A stretch of 64,000 nucleotides of DNA. It comes from the human T2T-CHM13v2.0 reference genome, Homo sapiens. The DNA is taken from the NCBI RefSeq assembly GCF_009914755.1, contig NC_060925.1; one strand, given 5' to 3'. A model generated the notes under the pieces. That model was not told where the DNA came from and made no database searches. It was given only the letters and a program-made list of their open reading frames with translations. How positions within the stretch are numbered: the first letter of the stretch is position 1; every line of letters begins with the position of its first letter. Below are positions 12,110 to 24,914 of the stretch, one piece after another. The position numbers were made by a program, and so were the translations under genes.

Positions 12110-13230
12110 GCAGCAAAGGAAACAGGAGTGACATGGCCATGGTGGCAGGGACAGAGGCTACGGATGGGTTCAACAACATGGACCTCCCCTTATCAAGGCT
12201 GCTACTGCTATTGCTATCACTGAGAACCTAACCTACCAATAGCAGAGACAAACACTGAGTCCCCTAGATGGAACACCCGAGCTCAGGAGACAGGAGGTGG
12301 AAGTGGGCATAACTTGTGACAGGATTACACCTCATAACCCACGCACAGAGTCTTTGCTTCCCATTCTGGCAACACTGAGTTCTTCTAGCTTAGTTTTCTG
12401 AGTTTAGTCCTCAAGTGAGAAACACAACAAGGAACACACCCATGATGCTAGTGAATTAGAAGATGAGTCGGCCACCTGGCCACGTGGGGCTCCCATGCCA
12501 CCAAACCAACCAGCCAAGAAAGCTTTACTCTACTACCTGGAGTGATTTATTCCAATTACCATGGAGAACTTGGCTTGCCGCTGCACAATAGAAGCAAGAA
12601 GGGCTATGTGTACAACCCAGAGGAGTTCTCTGGCACACCTCTTAGCACTCCCATGCCCCAAAGTAATGGTTAATGGAAAATTACAGCAACCAAACAAGGC
12701 AGAATAAAGGAGGACTCAGGCCTTTCAGAAATTAAGGTTTGGGCCACACTACCCAGGTAAAGAACCCCAACCACCTGCAATTCGAACTGACAATGGAAAT
12801 ATGGAATAACTCGTGGAAGAAGGAAGCTGTGGATATCTACTATGGCTTTGCGACCAATTACAGAATCAAGAACCACAATAGCTTTGCCTGTTGTCTCCCT
12901 GTTTGTTTATGCATGTGTTTCTCTGTATATACTAAGCATTGTCTTCTAGTTACTCCTCTTCCCATTTTTATTTTATATAAAAGTTGTTGGAGATTAATCT
13001 TTGGGTCACAGACCATTCCATGGAAACCATCACCAAATTTCAGCAGCAATTAATATAGCCAATGATTAATCAGTGACTATTAGGACTATACATCTTCCCA
13101 CTGTGGGAAAAGGTGAGAATTTCTTCACTTCCAGGAAGGAAGTCAGATGGACTTAAGTAGTTTGTTGTAGCACCAGTGTTCAAATGCGTGTAGAATAATG
13201 TGGAAACTGAGTAGCCACAGGGGTGCACAG
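12110..13230 (+). mobile_element. ERVL internal remnant (integrase HHCC region and dUTPase-like region), decayed
   Basis: ggccatggtggcagggacagaggctacggatgggttcaacaacatggacctcccc encodes GHGGRDRGYGWVQQHGPP, like the HERV-L integrase N-terminus; downstream aatggaaaattacagcaacc...aaggtttggg...ccaggtaaagaacc; PPT-like gtagccacaggggtg precedes the LTR. Confidence 0.75.
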
Positions 13231-13883
13231 TGCAGTTATGAACTTACTGCCTCTGACCTTGAAATTCACCCTTCAGGACCTGCTCTGCAATGATGGACTG
13301 AACTCTTTAAGTCCAATAATGGATTTATTCTTTACAGTGATCACATTGTTACGCTTTGTCATTAGAGATCTCTGGAAAGACACTGCAGGAGGCAGAGCAA
13401 AGGCCCAGAGCACATGGCCACTCAGCAACCTTATAGCCCCAGCCCACATCTGGTGGCCCTGACTGTGCCCTACCCCCTTCCTGACACAGACACCATGCAA
13501 TCCAGGCCTCACGCTCACAGCACAGTAACAACAACGTCTATGTACCCGTGCCTGCCCACTAGCTTCATCTTACCTGAACTCTGGAGCATTTTTCCTGCTT
13601 GCCCCACAACTTCAGTAAACAACCCAGTGAATTTCTCTGCCATCCAGCAGGCTGCAAGTACACATTCTCCAATATGGTCTGAAGCTCATCTTTGAAAGAA
13701 GAGCCCCCGCTTCCAAGGGTGTCCTTCCTTGGATACTCCCCCTTAGCCTTAGGGAATTCTTCAGAGCTCTCTTTTCAACTTTACTAAAATTATTTACCCT
13801 GTTAGAGTAAATAATTTTAAATTAAACTTCCCCTGTTTAAATTACTATGTAATTTGTCTCCTGATTGTACCCATTCTGATACA
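13231..13883 (+). mobile_element. ERVL 3' LTR (LTR41/LTR40-like)
   Basis: Follows ERVL internal sequence; cagttatgaacttactgcctct...cacccttca...tgctctgc start, ATTAAA near 13821, ends ctgataca. Confidence 0.55.
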
Positions 13884-14312
13884 GGTACCTCCTTCACAGT
13901 GCTACAATGAGGAATGAATGGTGTAATTTGTAAATAGCAAAAGGCTCATGCACATTACTTAGAAAATACTTGAAATTCCTGTCTTGAACTAGAAAACCTA
14001 TTTTTTTATGTTGCAGGGTATCCAGTGACTTGGAGCTTGTCTTGGTTTTTATTGTCGTTGTTTTTGGTTTTGTTTCTATTTTTTTCTGTAAGAGAAGCTA
14101 TTAAACCATGGACTTGAAGGATAGTGGGGTTTGAAGTGAGTAATTTGCCTAAGTAGCCCAGGGCCTTCTGGGAGGGAAGAAATAAGCAGATCAATGTCTG
14201 TTCTCTCCGGTTCAAAGCTCTTAAAACACATCAGAAAGGTCTAGGTCAATCTGCCTGAGGCTCAGGGATAGGAAAGATAATTAGTCCTCTGAAATGAGAC
14301 TTCCATTGAGGG

Positions 14313-14798
14313 TGTCAACCTAAATCACGAAGAGAGAGGCTCTTTGAAGAGCCTCTCTACAAGAAAAAGATATTTGGTGATATTTATTCAAGGAGGAGGG
14401 CACTGCAATGGGAATATGCATGCTATAGTAAACCATGTTCATTTTCATGGAAGTAAAGGAAGACAAAGGTTTTTAAAGGGAAAATGAGAAAGATTACATA
14501 ATTGTTTTGAAATAATTATTTCAAAGCTGCAAAGATCAATAACAAGGATGATGCCAGTCCAAGATTGCTGGGCAGATGTCCTCACAAAAGTATTTTTTGT
14601 GTAAGGCTACAATGGCCTTTGTGCAAGGCTGTGATTTTTGCAGTCTTTTATGATAATTTTGTCAACTTATATACAAGTACGAGAACTTTCCCTTCTTGGC
14701 CTTGCCTGGCTCTGTCAGGGTTGTTTTTTTGTTTGTTTGTTTGTTTTGCTTTCTGTTTTAGCACTAGTGACTCCATTTTGATTCTGATAATTTTCACA
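14313..14798 (-). mobile_element. ERV1 solo LTR, MER65-like
   Basis: Reverse complement is homologous over its length to the proviral LTR at 29672-30111; TG...CA termini. Confidence 0.8.
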
Positions 14799-15839
14799 GA
14801 GGAAGGAGAAGCGAACACAGGCCTTGCCTACTAAGGAGAGTCAAGTGGCTAAAAATGCTGAGAATAGTGAGTATGTCAGAAAGGGGTTGGAAAGTAATGC
14901 TTAGTCCCATTGTGGGTAAACTTGTGTGTTCTGACATGTGTCATTAGGTGGGACTGAAAGGCTGTCGCATTGGGATCCCACTTGCATAAAGGCGGAGCAG
15001 CCTCAGTGGTGAGAGCAGTACTGAAGGCAGGGATAGCTCTGCCCTGAAGAACCCCTTGGCCCAGGCAGAGTTTGGAACTAGAGGCAGTGACAGGGACACT
15101 AGCAGGAGGCTACACTCATGGATGAGTCCCCGAGGACAGAGACAAAGCCCTGGACTGTTCAGGATTCATCTGCTTTCAACTTCAGGATCAGAATCAATGA
15201 CCATGTTGACTCCCTAAAGAATAGCTAACTTCTAGCTGTGACCCTTTCACAGATGACAAAATGGAATCCCAGAACAAAAACTCAACTGACCAAGGTCACT
15301 CAGCAAGTCAGCCATAGCCAGGTGCTCAAATTCCTCCCTTAAACTCTCATGCAGGCCAGGCCAGGAGAAGGACATGTTTAGAGACCATTGGGAGCAAGGT
15401 GGTACACTGTGCAGTGTCTGCAACTCAGACACACACAGCAAATTTCAACTGAGGGAAAGAGCTAGAGAGGGAGAGATACAGAAAAAATGAAAAAGAAGGT
15501 TATGAAATGTAAACAGATTTGTAAAGGAAAAGGACAAAGACCACAATTCCCATTTCACAGATGGGGAAAACAGAATCAGTTGCCTAAGTAGTGAGAGTGA
15601 TGAGCTATCTTAACAACATTATTAATAATATGTCTTCAGCTTTAAAAACTGTGCAGTTACAGAGCTAAGGGTATAAAGCAATGAAAATGCTTCAAATAAT
15701 TGATTCTGTCACATAGGCCCACAGGCTGAAAAAACAGAGAGACAAATCATGGGAAGCTCACACACAGCCATCCAACAACCAGGCAGACCAGGGCACTAAG
15801 GCTTTGAAAAGATGCCACCTACTGTGTTCATTAGGTCAC

Positions 15840-16960
15840 ACACTGGTCTGTTCTTGATGAGATGAAAGAATTCATCACCAGCAGATCTCTATATAACTAT
15901 ATAAAATGTTAAAGAAAACCCTTCAGGAAGAAGGAAAATAATATCAAAGAGAAATCTGGATCTATGTCAAGCACTGAAGCACATCAGAAATGCCAGATAT
16001 GTAGATATGTATAGAAACCATTTTTCTAATTTTTCAAAATAACTTTAAAAAATAATCAAATGCACACATATGTTCACTGCAGCATTATTCACAATAGCAA
16101 AGATATGGAATCAACCTAAATGCCCATCAAGGATAGACTGCATAAATAACATGTGATACATATACACCATGGAATACTATGCAGCCATAAAAAGGAATGA
16201 GATCATGTCCTTTGCAGGGACATGGTTGGAGGTTGAAGCCATTATCTTCAACAAACACAGGAAAAGAAAACCAAACATCGCATGTTCTCACTTATGAGTG
16301 GGAGCTAAACAATGAGATCACATTGACACAGAGAGGGGAACAACACACACTGAGACCTGTCGAGGGGTAGTGTGGAGGGAGAGAGAGCATTAGGAAAAAT
16401 AGCTAATGCATATTGGGCTTAATATGTAGGTGATGGGTTGCCAGGTGCAGCAAACCACCATGGCACACATTTACCTATGTAACAAACCTGCACATCCTGC
16501 ACATGTACCCTGGAAGTTAAAATTAAAATTTAAAAAAGATAAAATGTTTAAAGAAAAAATAATAACAATATATATTAGGTTTCATGACATGTAACAAAAA
16601 TAACAAAAAGTATAGGAGAAGGAAAATGGAAGTATACTGCTTCAAGTTTCCCTCACAATATGAGAGGTGATACAATATTACCTGTAAGTAGGTAAGTGAA
16701 AGCAACTACCTTTAAAATGGTACAATTTATAAGCCAAAAATGAGATAAAAGGGAATCATTAAAAATATCCAATAAATTGAAATGAAGGCAGAGGAAACAA
16801 GGAACAAAGAACAGATAAGACAAATAGAAAGCAAATAATTAGACAGTATTTTTAAGCCCAGCTGTATCTGTCACATTAAATGTAAATAGTCTAAATAGCC
16901 CCAATTAAAAGGCAGATATTGTCAGGGTGAATTTTAACAAACAAGAATCAACTATATGCT
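15840..16960 (+). mobile_element. Old L1M fragment (ORF1 end to ORF2 start) interrupted by a younger L1
   Basis: aaatgtaaatagtctaaatagccccaattaaaaggcagatattgtcag (EN start, NVNxLN motif). Confidence 0.7.
16060..16535 (+). mobile_element. L1PA (about PA11-13) 3' end
   Basis: ggaatactatgcagccataaaaaggaatgagatcatgtcc...aaccaccatggcacacatttacctatgtaacaaacctgcacatcctgcacatgtaccctgg. Confidence 0.85.
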
Positions 16961-17026
16961 GTTGTATTCCCCTTTATATCTCCAGGGCTTGCACATTACC
17001 TGGAATACGGTAGGCACAGATACGTG

Positions 17027-17360
17027 TTTGTAGAATGAATAAAATAATAAATGAATTATTTAATAATTAATGTTATTAAATAATTATTAATAAGTAATCA
17101 TATTGTTGGTAATATTTAATAATGTTATTAAATATTATCAATAGTAAATGGATTGTTTAATAATTAATGTCATTAAATAATTAATAATTTTAATAGTAAT
17201 TGATGTTATTAAATAATCCATTTATTATTTTATTCATTCTACAAATTAATGAATTATTAAATTCAATAAATATCAAATTCACTTATTAAATGAATTCATT
17301 ATTGGCAAATTATTTGCAATTCATTTATGATTAAATGAATACATTATTGGCAAAATTAGT
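17027..17360. repeat. AT-rich low-complexity repeat with palindromic (PATRR-like) core at 17027-17245
   Basis: 40-bp arms 17027-17066 and 17206-17245 are reverse complements with 1 mismatch; inner 17-bp hairpin 17106-17141. Confidence 0.9.
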
Positions 17361-18049
17361 CTTAGCTTTCTTTGGAAGGGCAACTGCTTGTCATATGCTG
17401 TGCTTTTAGGGGTAGTAGGGAGATGTCCTTGCCCCCAAAACATATTCCTAATAGGATTCCTAGAGAAGCCCCTTCTACTTTCTAGGCTTACTTTCCTCAT
17501 TACAAAAAGGAGGTGTTGGACTGCTTGATTTTTAACATTGGGTCTCTTACTTGAGTGACAAGAAAGGTCAACCTGGGGGACCCTGGGCAAACAGGAGAGC
17601 TCTGGAAACTTTGTTTGCTGGGACTCTTAAGACAGGGTCATGAAAAGATTCTGGATGTACAAAGTAGGAATTTTGTCTAGTTCACAATTTCCCCTTATGT
17701 TATACTATGGTAAGAGCCTTCTAAAACTCAAATAGACTTTCTAAATATTGAATTTTTTTTATATTTTCATGGGGAATATTGAGAGATTTGTATTTAAAAG
17801 TATAATAAAATCTTATTAATTCAAATTAGAACTAATTCTGGACACATTTGCATTATCTGGAAAAAATATTCTGCTGTCTCTTAATGTAAACAAGACAGGA
17901 AGTGAGCTACTTAAAAGTGAGCAACTAGTTTTCAAAGCTTTATTCAGAAATTTACTGGTCTGGAAGGGACCTCAGTGACCATCTAACTGGTCTCCACCCT
18001 CTGGTCTTGCCCCATGTTATGTGTACCCAAGTGAGCTTTCAGAAACATA

Positions 18050-18285
18050 ATAATAGCTAACATTTATGCAGTACCTTCTGTGTGCTAGAAATTGGACTAG
18101 GCACTGTACATAGATTATATCTTTAACCCTTATTACAAGACTATGATTCTGTTATCAGCCTAATTTTACAGATTAGGAAACTGAGGCACAAAGAGGTTAG
18201 GTTCCCAAGGTCACACAGTTAGCAGCTGAGCCAGGACTGAATCCCAGAAAATTGTGCTCCATAGTGCATGCTTTTAGTTACTCCC
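18050..18285 (-). mobile_element. MIR
   Basis: taatagctaacatttatg...ttttacagattaggaaactgaggcaca...cccaaggtcacacag. Confidence 0.8.
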
Positions 18286-18915
18286 CCGTGCGATCTCCCA
18301 TTACAGAGCTAACCAACTGATTCTCCTGCATTAAATTATCTTTTAAGATTTTCTTTTAAATCCTACCTCCAGTACTGTGTCTTTTTTTTTAACTTTTATT
18401 TTAGGTTCAGGGGTACATGTGTGTAACAATACCTTACATTGTTACATAGGTAAACTCATGTCATGGGGTTTTGTTGTACAGATTAGTTCATCACCCAGGT
18501 ATTAAGCCCGTACCCAATAGTTATATTTTCTGCTCATCTCCCTCCTCCCACCTTCCTCCCTCAAGTAGACCACAGTGTCTGTTGTTTCCTTCTTTGTGTT
18601 CATAAGTTCTTATCATGTAGTTCCCACTTATAAGTGAGAACATGCAGTATTTGGTTTTCTATTCCTGCATTAGTTTGCTAAGGATAACAGCCTCCAGCTC
18701 CAACCGTGTTCCTGCAAAAGATGTGATCTCATTCTTTTTTATGGCTGCATAGTATTCCACAGTGTCTATGTACCATGTTTTCTTTATCCAATCTGTCACT
18801 GATGGGCATTTAGGTTGATTCCATGTCTTTGATATTGTGAATAGTACTGCAATGAAAATTCATGTACATGAGTCTTTATGGTAGAATGATTTATATCCTT
18901 CTGGGTATATACCCA

Positions 18916-20799
18916 CCCAGAGCAGCTGCTGCCATCACACCAGCTGCAGTAGAGAGGCATGAGTGGTAATGGCAGGAGCAGCTGTGGGAGCAAAAGTGGC
19001 AGTCCCCAAGGCCATCAACTGCACCACCTCCACCCTTGCATGGCCAGGCAGGACCCATTCCCAGACCCAGAGCCTCTGCTGCAGCCTCAACCTTGCTCCC
19101 TGCACCGTCCTGGGGTCCCACAAGTGTTGGGTTTGTTTGTGACACCATCTGCACCTCACCTGCTGCCCTTGGAGCCACTGTGATGCAGCCAGGCTGAGTC
19201 ACCCACCAGTAGGGGAACAGCATGGCCGGGCACAGAGGGGTGGGCAGAGAGGGGCCCCAAGGCGGAGCTGGGCCTGGGATGGTGCCATGCTCCACGGAGC
19301 CAGCAGGAGCTGGAAGCAGACAGGATCCCTGCCTTCCTGGGCATGGCTGCAGTCGCCCAAGTTGCAGCTGCAGACCCAGGCATCTCTGGATTCTTGGGGG
19401 CCCAGGAAGGCCCCACATTACCCCTTCAGGCTTGGAGGTATCTGCTCCCACTACCTGGCCTCTCCCCATTGTCAGTACCCACTCCAATCACAGAGCAAAG
19501 TTGAGGCCGAGCCCTGGTACTGTTGCAACCTTCCTGGATGTGCTTATGCTTGGGGCAGCACTGAAATGCCAGCCCCTTCCAGATTTTGGGCATCCACAAG
19601 CATGGGAAGAAGGCTGAGGGGGCGCTGAAGGCAGCTCAGCACTGGCCTGCAGGTGCCCCTTGGCACAAACAGCCTGGGCACCATGAAGAGTGGCAGGAGC
19701 AGACAGGCTCCTGGGCAGCAGGGGGTGGTTCCCCAGTGAAGCTCCACCTTCAAGACAGGAAGGGCCTGAAGCCTGGGGGGCCAGGCTGCCAGTCCTGCCA
19801 ACCAGAGTGGAAACTTGTCGTGCCTTTTCTGGGCCTGCCCATGGCTGCCCATGGACCAGTTAGTGTGCACTTCCTCCCATCTGAGGCCCAGAAAAGCCCC
19901 AGACTCAGTCAGACTCAAGAAGATGGCAGGACAACCAGCTGCAGAGAGAAACTATCCTCTCTGCTGAGAGCTGGACACTTCTTGGGATGACCTGCTTAGC
20001 AGAAAGGAGCTACCCTCTCTGCTGAGAGCTGAAGAAATGATGAGATGACTAGCTGCAAAGAGAAAGAGGAGCTACCCTCTCTGCTGAGAGCTGAACACTT
20101 GTCAGGTCACCCTGGCTATGGAGAGGAGTGGCCCACTGCAGGTCTCCTCTGAGCTGTCCTATTGCTCAATGAAGCTCCTCTTCATCTTGCTCACCCTCCA
20201 CTTGTCTGCATACCTCATTCTTCCTGGATGCAGGACAAGAACAGGGGACCTACTGAATGGCAGGACTAAAAGAGCTGTAACACAAACCGGGCTGAAACAT
20301 GCCCCTTGCTCGCCACGTTTTTGGTGACAAGAAGAAGAGAAGAGCTGTGCCCCTTTGGAAATCCCAGACCTATGAGCTCCCCAACCCAGGACTGTGACTC
20401 CCTCTTTGGGGTCATGTGGGTCCTGGTGTCTCCAAGCTTCTGGGCACCACCGCGTTGCCTGCTGTCAGCTGTGGAAGCTGCTTATGGTACACCTGGTCCA
20501 GCCACAGCCTCGCAGGTATCTGGCACACATGCCAGTGCCTGGAGCTGCCCACCCCACTGCAGCTCGCATGCCTGGCTATGCGCAATGGCCAGACACCACT
20601 CTCACTCACACCCCTCACCACTCTGCACCAGGCTTGCCCTTGGAGACATGAGATCCAGGCCAGTAGTGGAAGCCAAGTGCAGCTTGCCAAGGCCAAGTGA
20701 GCAGAATGACCCAGTAGGCCAGAGCAAAACTTGGGCAAAGGCACCACTGACCACAGAGGCTTCTGGCTGGTGAAACGACACACCAAAGACCCCATAACA
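18916..20799 (+). mobile_element. MER52-like ERV1 long LTR, 5' end missing
   Basis: GC-rich, with repeated gagctaccctctctgctgagagctg units and gctcaatgaagctcctcttcatcttgctcaccctccacttgtctg; ends gaccccataaca. Confidence 0.8.
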
Positions 20800-21402
20800 C
20801 CAGTAATGAGATTGCTGAGTCAAATGGTATTTCTGCTTTTATCTCTTTGAGGAATCACCACACTGTCTTTCACAAAGGTTGAACTAATTTACACTCCCAC
20901 CAACAGTGCATAAGCATTCCCTCTTCTCCACAACCTCACCAGCATCTGCTATTTTTGGACTTTTAGTAGCCATTCTGACTGATGTGACATGGTATCTCAT
21001 TGTGGTTTTGACTTGCATTTCTCTAATGATCAGTGATATTGACTTTTTGGCATATGCTTGTTGGCCACATGTATGTCTTTAGAAAAGTGTCTGTTCATGT
21101 CCTTTGCCCGCTTTTTAATGGGGTTGTTTTTCTCTTGTAAATTTGTTTAAGCTCCCTATAGATGCTGGATATTAGACCTTTGTCAGATGCATAGTGTACA
21201 GATATTTTCTCCCATTCTGTAGATTGTCTGTCGACTCTGTTGATAGTTTCTTTTGCTGTGCAGAAGCTCTTAAGTTTAATTAGACCCCACTTTTCAATTT
21301 TGGCTTTTGTTTTGATTGCTTTTGGTGTAGAGCAGGGGTCCAGCTTCAATCTTCTGCCTATGACTAGCCATTTATCCCAGCATCATTCACTGAATAGAGA
21401 GT

Positions 21403-21788
21403 TGATATGGTTTGGCTCTATATCCCCACCCAAATCTCATGTCGAATTGTAATCCTCACTTGTCAAGGGAGGGACCTAGTGGGAGGTGATTGGATCATGG
21501 GGGCAGATTTCCCCCTTGCTCTTCTTATGATAGTGAGTTCTCACAAGATTTGGTTGTTTAAAAGTGTGTAGCACTTCCCCCTTTGCTCGCTCTCTCTCTC
21601 TCCTTCTCCACCATGGTAAGATGTGCTTGCTTCCCCTTCACCTTGTGCCATGATTGTAAGTTTCCTGAGGCCTCCCAGTCATTCCTTCTGTTAAGCCTGT
21701 GGAGCTGTGAGTCAATTAAACCTCTTTTCTTTATAAATTATCCAGTCTCAGGTAGTTCTTTATAGTAGTGTGAAAACAGACTTATACA
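21403..21788 (+). mobile_element. THE1D/MSTA-like MaLR solo LTR
   Basis: tgatatggtttggct...gtgtgaaaacagacttataca; flanks agagt/ggagt. Confidence 0.85.
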
Positions 21789-21949
21789 GGAGTCTTTTTC
21801 CCATTTATTGTATTTGTCAGCTTTGTCGAAAATCAGGTGGTCGTAGGTGTGTGACCTTATTTCTCGGCTCTCTATTCTGTTCCATTGGTCTATGTGCCTG
21901 TTTTTTTTACTAGTACCATGCTGTTTTGGTTATTGTAGGATTGTGTCTT

Positions 21950-22410
21950 TAATGTTCCCCTTCCTGGGAGCTCTGTGCCCCAAGTTTCCAAGTGGCTAGC
22001 TCTTTCCACTATCCAGGCCTCTTCTCAAATATTACCTTATCCTATTACACTTTGCTGTCCCCTCACCCCCATTCCACCCAACCACCCACAGCCCCAGGCC
22101 CTTTTCTTACACAAGGTCTTTGTTTATTTCCTTCAGGCACATAATTACTGTCTGAAATCAACCTGTTATTGTTGCCCCATTTATTAGCCACCTCCCCCTC
22201 TGAAATGCTCCACAGGGCCAGACCCTTGCCTGATTTTTCATGGCTATATTCTTAGTGCCCACAATAGTGCTTGACACAAACCAAGTGCAAGATATTTATT
22301 CGTTGGATGAATATATAAATAAACAAATGAATTCCTATATCCCCAGCCCTAGCATAGTGCCTAGCACGTGATGGTTTCCAATAAACGCTTTTTAAAGAAC
22401 AAGTGAATGC
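21950..22410 (+). mobile_element. L2 3' fragments
   Basis: Two L2 tails (gtgcccacaatagtgcttgacac...tttattcgttggatgaat; cctagcatagtgcctagcacg...caataaacg). Confidence 0.65.
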
Positions 22411-22698
22411 AGAAAGTCTAACTACCTCAGAAGACATCCCAAATCAGGTGTGAAGTTAATCTTTGATTTGTCTGTGAAACAAGTCTTGCTGAACTATTTG
22501 AAAAAGTCAGTAAGATGGTTAAAGAAATGTTTGTCCTGTTTAAAGAAGCACATCATTTCTGGCCATTTCTATTCACAAATTCATTGCCCTGGAAGCAGCT
22601 TCAGTGGTCATATAGGACCAGAGCCCTCTTTAAAAATGAGAAAACTGAGATAGAGTGAGGGGAAAAAAAGATGCATGCAAAATGGTACACTGAGTCAC

Positions 22699-23076
22699 TT
22701 AATCCGTTTTCTGTTGCTTATGACAAAACATCTGAAAGTAGGTAATTTATAAAGAAAATGAATTTATTCCTTAGCATTATAGAAGCTGAGAAATCCAAGA
22801 TCAAGGGGCTGCATCTGGTGAGGGCCTTCTTGCTGGTGCAGGCTCTCTGCAGAGTCCCAAGGAGGCACAGGGCATCACATGGCAAGGAGGCTGAGATGCT
22901 AGCTCAGGTCTCTCTTTCTCTTTTTAGAAAGCCACCAGTGTTGCTCCCATGGTAACTCATTAATCCATGACCCAATCACCCATTCACCTCTTGAAGGCCC
23001 CACTTCTCAATTCTGCAACATCGAAGATTAAGTTTCAACATGAGTTTTGGAGAGGACAGACCTTCAAACCATAGCA
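22699..23076 (-). mobile_element. MSTB/MSTC-like MaLR solo LTR
   Basis: ggtaatttataaagaaaatgaatttatt...aagtttcaacatgagttttggagaggacag...aaaccatagca; gtcac flanks both sides. Confidence 0.8.
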
Positions 23077-23219
23077 GTCACAAACAGATCTGAGACAAGA
23101 AACTAACTCTCCTGTTTCCTTCCTATTTATTTCTGAAGTTGTGAGGAGGTGCTCTCACAACCTGTTTGTGGGCACATAAATTGACATAACTGTACTTGAA
23201 AACATTCTGATTACAATAA

Positions 23220-23430
23220 TCATAACAATTTCAAAAACAATAATAGTAGCTTCTACTACAGTATGATAAGGCTTTAAATTCTCAGAACAACCCTAGGAGG
23301 TGGGTATCATTGTTATCCCCATTTTACAGGTGAGAAAACTGAGGCCCAGAGAGGTGATGTGTTCTGCCAGTGGTCACATCATTTACAGATGGTAATGTCA
23401 AGGTTGGAACCCAGGCAGTCTGGCAATGGG
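23220..23430 (-). mobile_element. MIR
   Basis: atccccattttacaggtgagaaaactgaggcccagagagg. Confidence 0.8.
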
Positions 23431-24436
23431 ACATCAAAAGCATTTGATTTGATGGAGCCACTTCTAGAAAATTCACCTAAGAAAAATATTATGATGTGGG
23501 TGACAACACAGTTTAAATGAATGACACTGTCTTCCTAAGAACACAGACCAGGGCTTCTGTCTGCTCTCAGTCCTCTGATGTGGGCATCACAGATGTGATT
23601 TGCCCCTTGCTTTGAGACTCAGCACTTCAAGACACTGAGAATCTTGCTTCTCTCAGAGTTGGGGCCAAAGACCCCTCTCCCAGATCCCACAGCAGTTGGG
23701 CCCCAGTCCTCAGCCTCAAAGTGATGCGACATCCTGTCCACCAGCCAAGCAGTTTGTCGTAGATCAAAAGCAACTTGTTCAACTCCAGGCTGAATTGCCC
23801 TGGATCACTCATTCATAACATGGCTCTCACTATCTGTTGGAAATTGAGATGCAGACACCCAAAAGTGCAAGAAAGGGTGGTGTGAGGAGGTGTATTTCTT
23901 TAGCCTAAAAGGATCTGTTTTGCAGGCAAGCAATGGATGACAAACGGAAAAGCCAGCAAGGCTAAAATGACAAAAATGCTTGTAAGAGGATGTGACAGCC
24001 TCAGCACTTAATGGGAGGATGCCAGGTATGTGGAGGACACAGGGCCAAACCCCTGCTCCTCCGTTCTCCCTAAAACACAGGTGCATGTCAGCAGTGCACG
24101 AAAACATTTCCCAGCAGGAGGGTAGAGTATTGGTCTTCTCTTCTTTACTCAGCTGGTTTTACTTTTTGGGACATTAAGCAGGCTTCTAAATGTGAGTTTC
24201 CCAGCATTTCTCCATCCTATGGTTTCAACTGAATATTATGTATCTCTCATATTTGTATTTTTTCCCTTTTCCTACAACCTTAAAAGTCAAGTAGGTCTTT
24301 TCTAGAAGCACTGAACTGAGATAAAGATTGTGTGGATAATTTTGTCCCATTTAAAGGTAACCTAAAGTGAACAGGAATAAGCAAATCCACCTGGAGCTCA
24401 TCACCTCCTCAGAGGCAGCCCTGGGAACTCAGTCAC

Positions 24437-24590
24437 TGTGGGAATTCATGCATCCACCAGGGCCTGGCTTCCAGAAGTGAGTTCCCACATTAACCCTGAT
24501 CCAAGGCCAGTTACCAGTGAAAGACTCTGATTTCCTGGAATATTGAAGAGTCTTGTGGGAAGAACGGGGAGGCCCCTTCATTCCTTGGAA
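24437..24590. promoter_or_regulatory. Candidate enhancer motif cluster (3 RBPJ-type and 2 STAT-type sites)
   Basis: TGTGGGAA at 24437-24444 and 24554-24561, TTCCCACA at 24482-24489, TTCCTGGAA at 24532-24540, TTCCTTGGAA at 24581-24590. Confidence 0.3.
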
Positions 24591-24914
24591 TAAGATTCCA
24601 GTGACAGATCCTCTGTGGCAACACCTTGGGTTTCACCCACAGACTCCTTGGGGCCACCTGAAAAGACTCCAGGCTTTGAACAGGTCATCAGCAGGTTGTT
24701 AAAATCAGCTGACAGATGTTCAATAGAAACTTAATAACTTCTAATGCAGAGCCCCCAAGGCTGCTTAAATATTTAAAAGTACTACAATTAATCACTTTAA
24801 AGGCCAGTTAGGGCTGCACAGAGATGCCAGTCTCCTAGGATCTTCATTACTGGTATTTTAGCTATTATAGCATCTTGCAAAAGCCTAAGGACTGTGTAAG
24901 TATTCATAATACTG

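Larger units (their letters stand above)
18385..21940 (-). mobile_element. L1PA (about PA13-16) 3' portion, interrupted by MER52-like and THE1D-like LTRs
   Basis: Poly-T start and L1 3'UTR antisense; gggtatatacc at 18903 continues as cagtaatgagattgctg at 20801; ORF2 peptide [20 protein letters not shown]. Confidence 0.85.

Noticed and set aside
18891-20823. Many overlapping 110-198 aa ORFs
   Set aside because: They lie in a GC-rich MER52-like LTR and are expected chance ORFs on both strands
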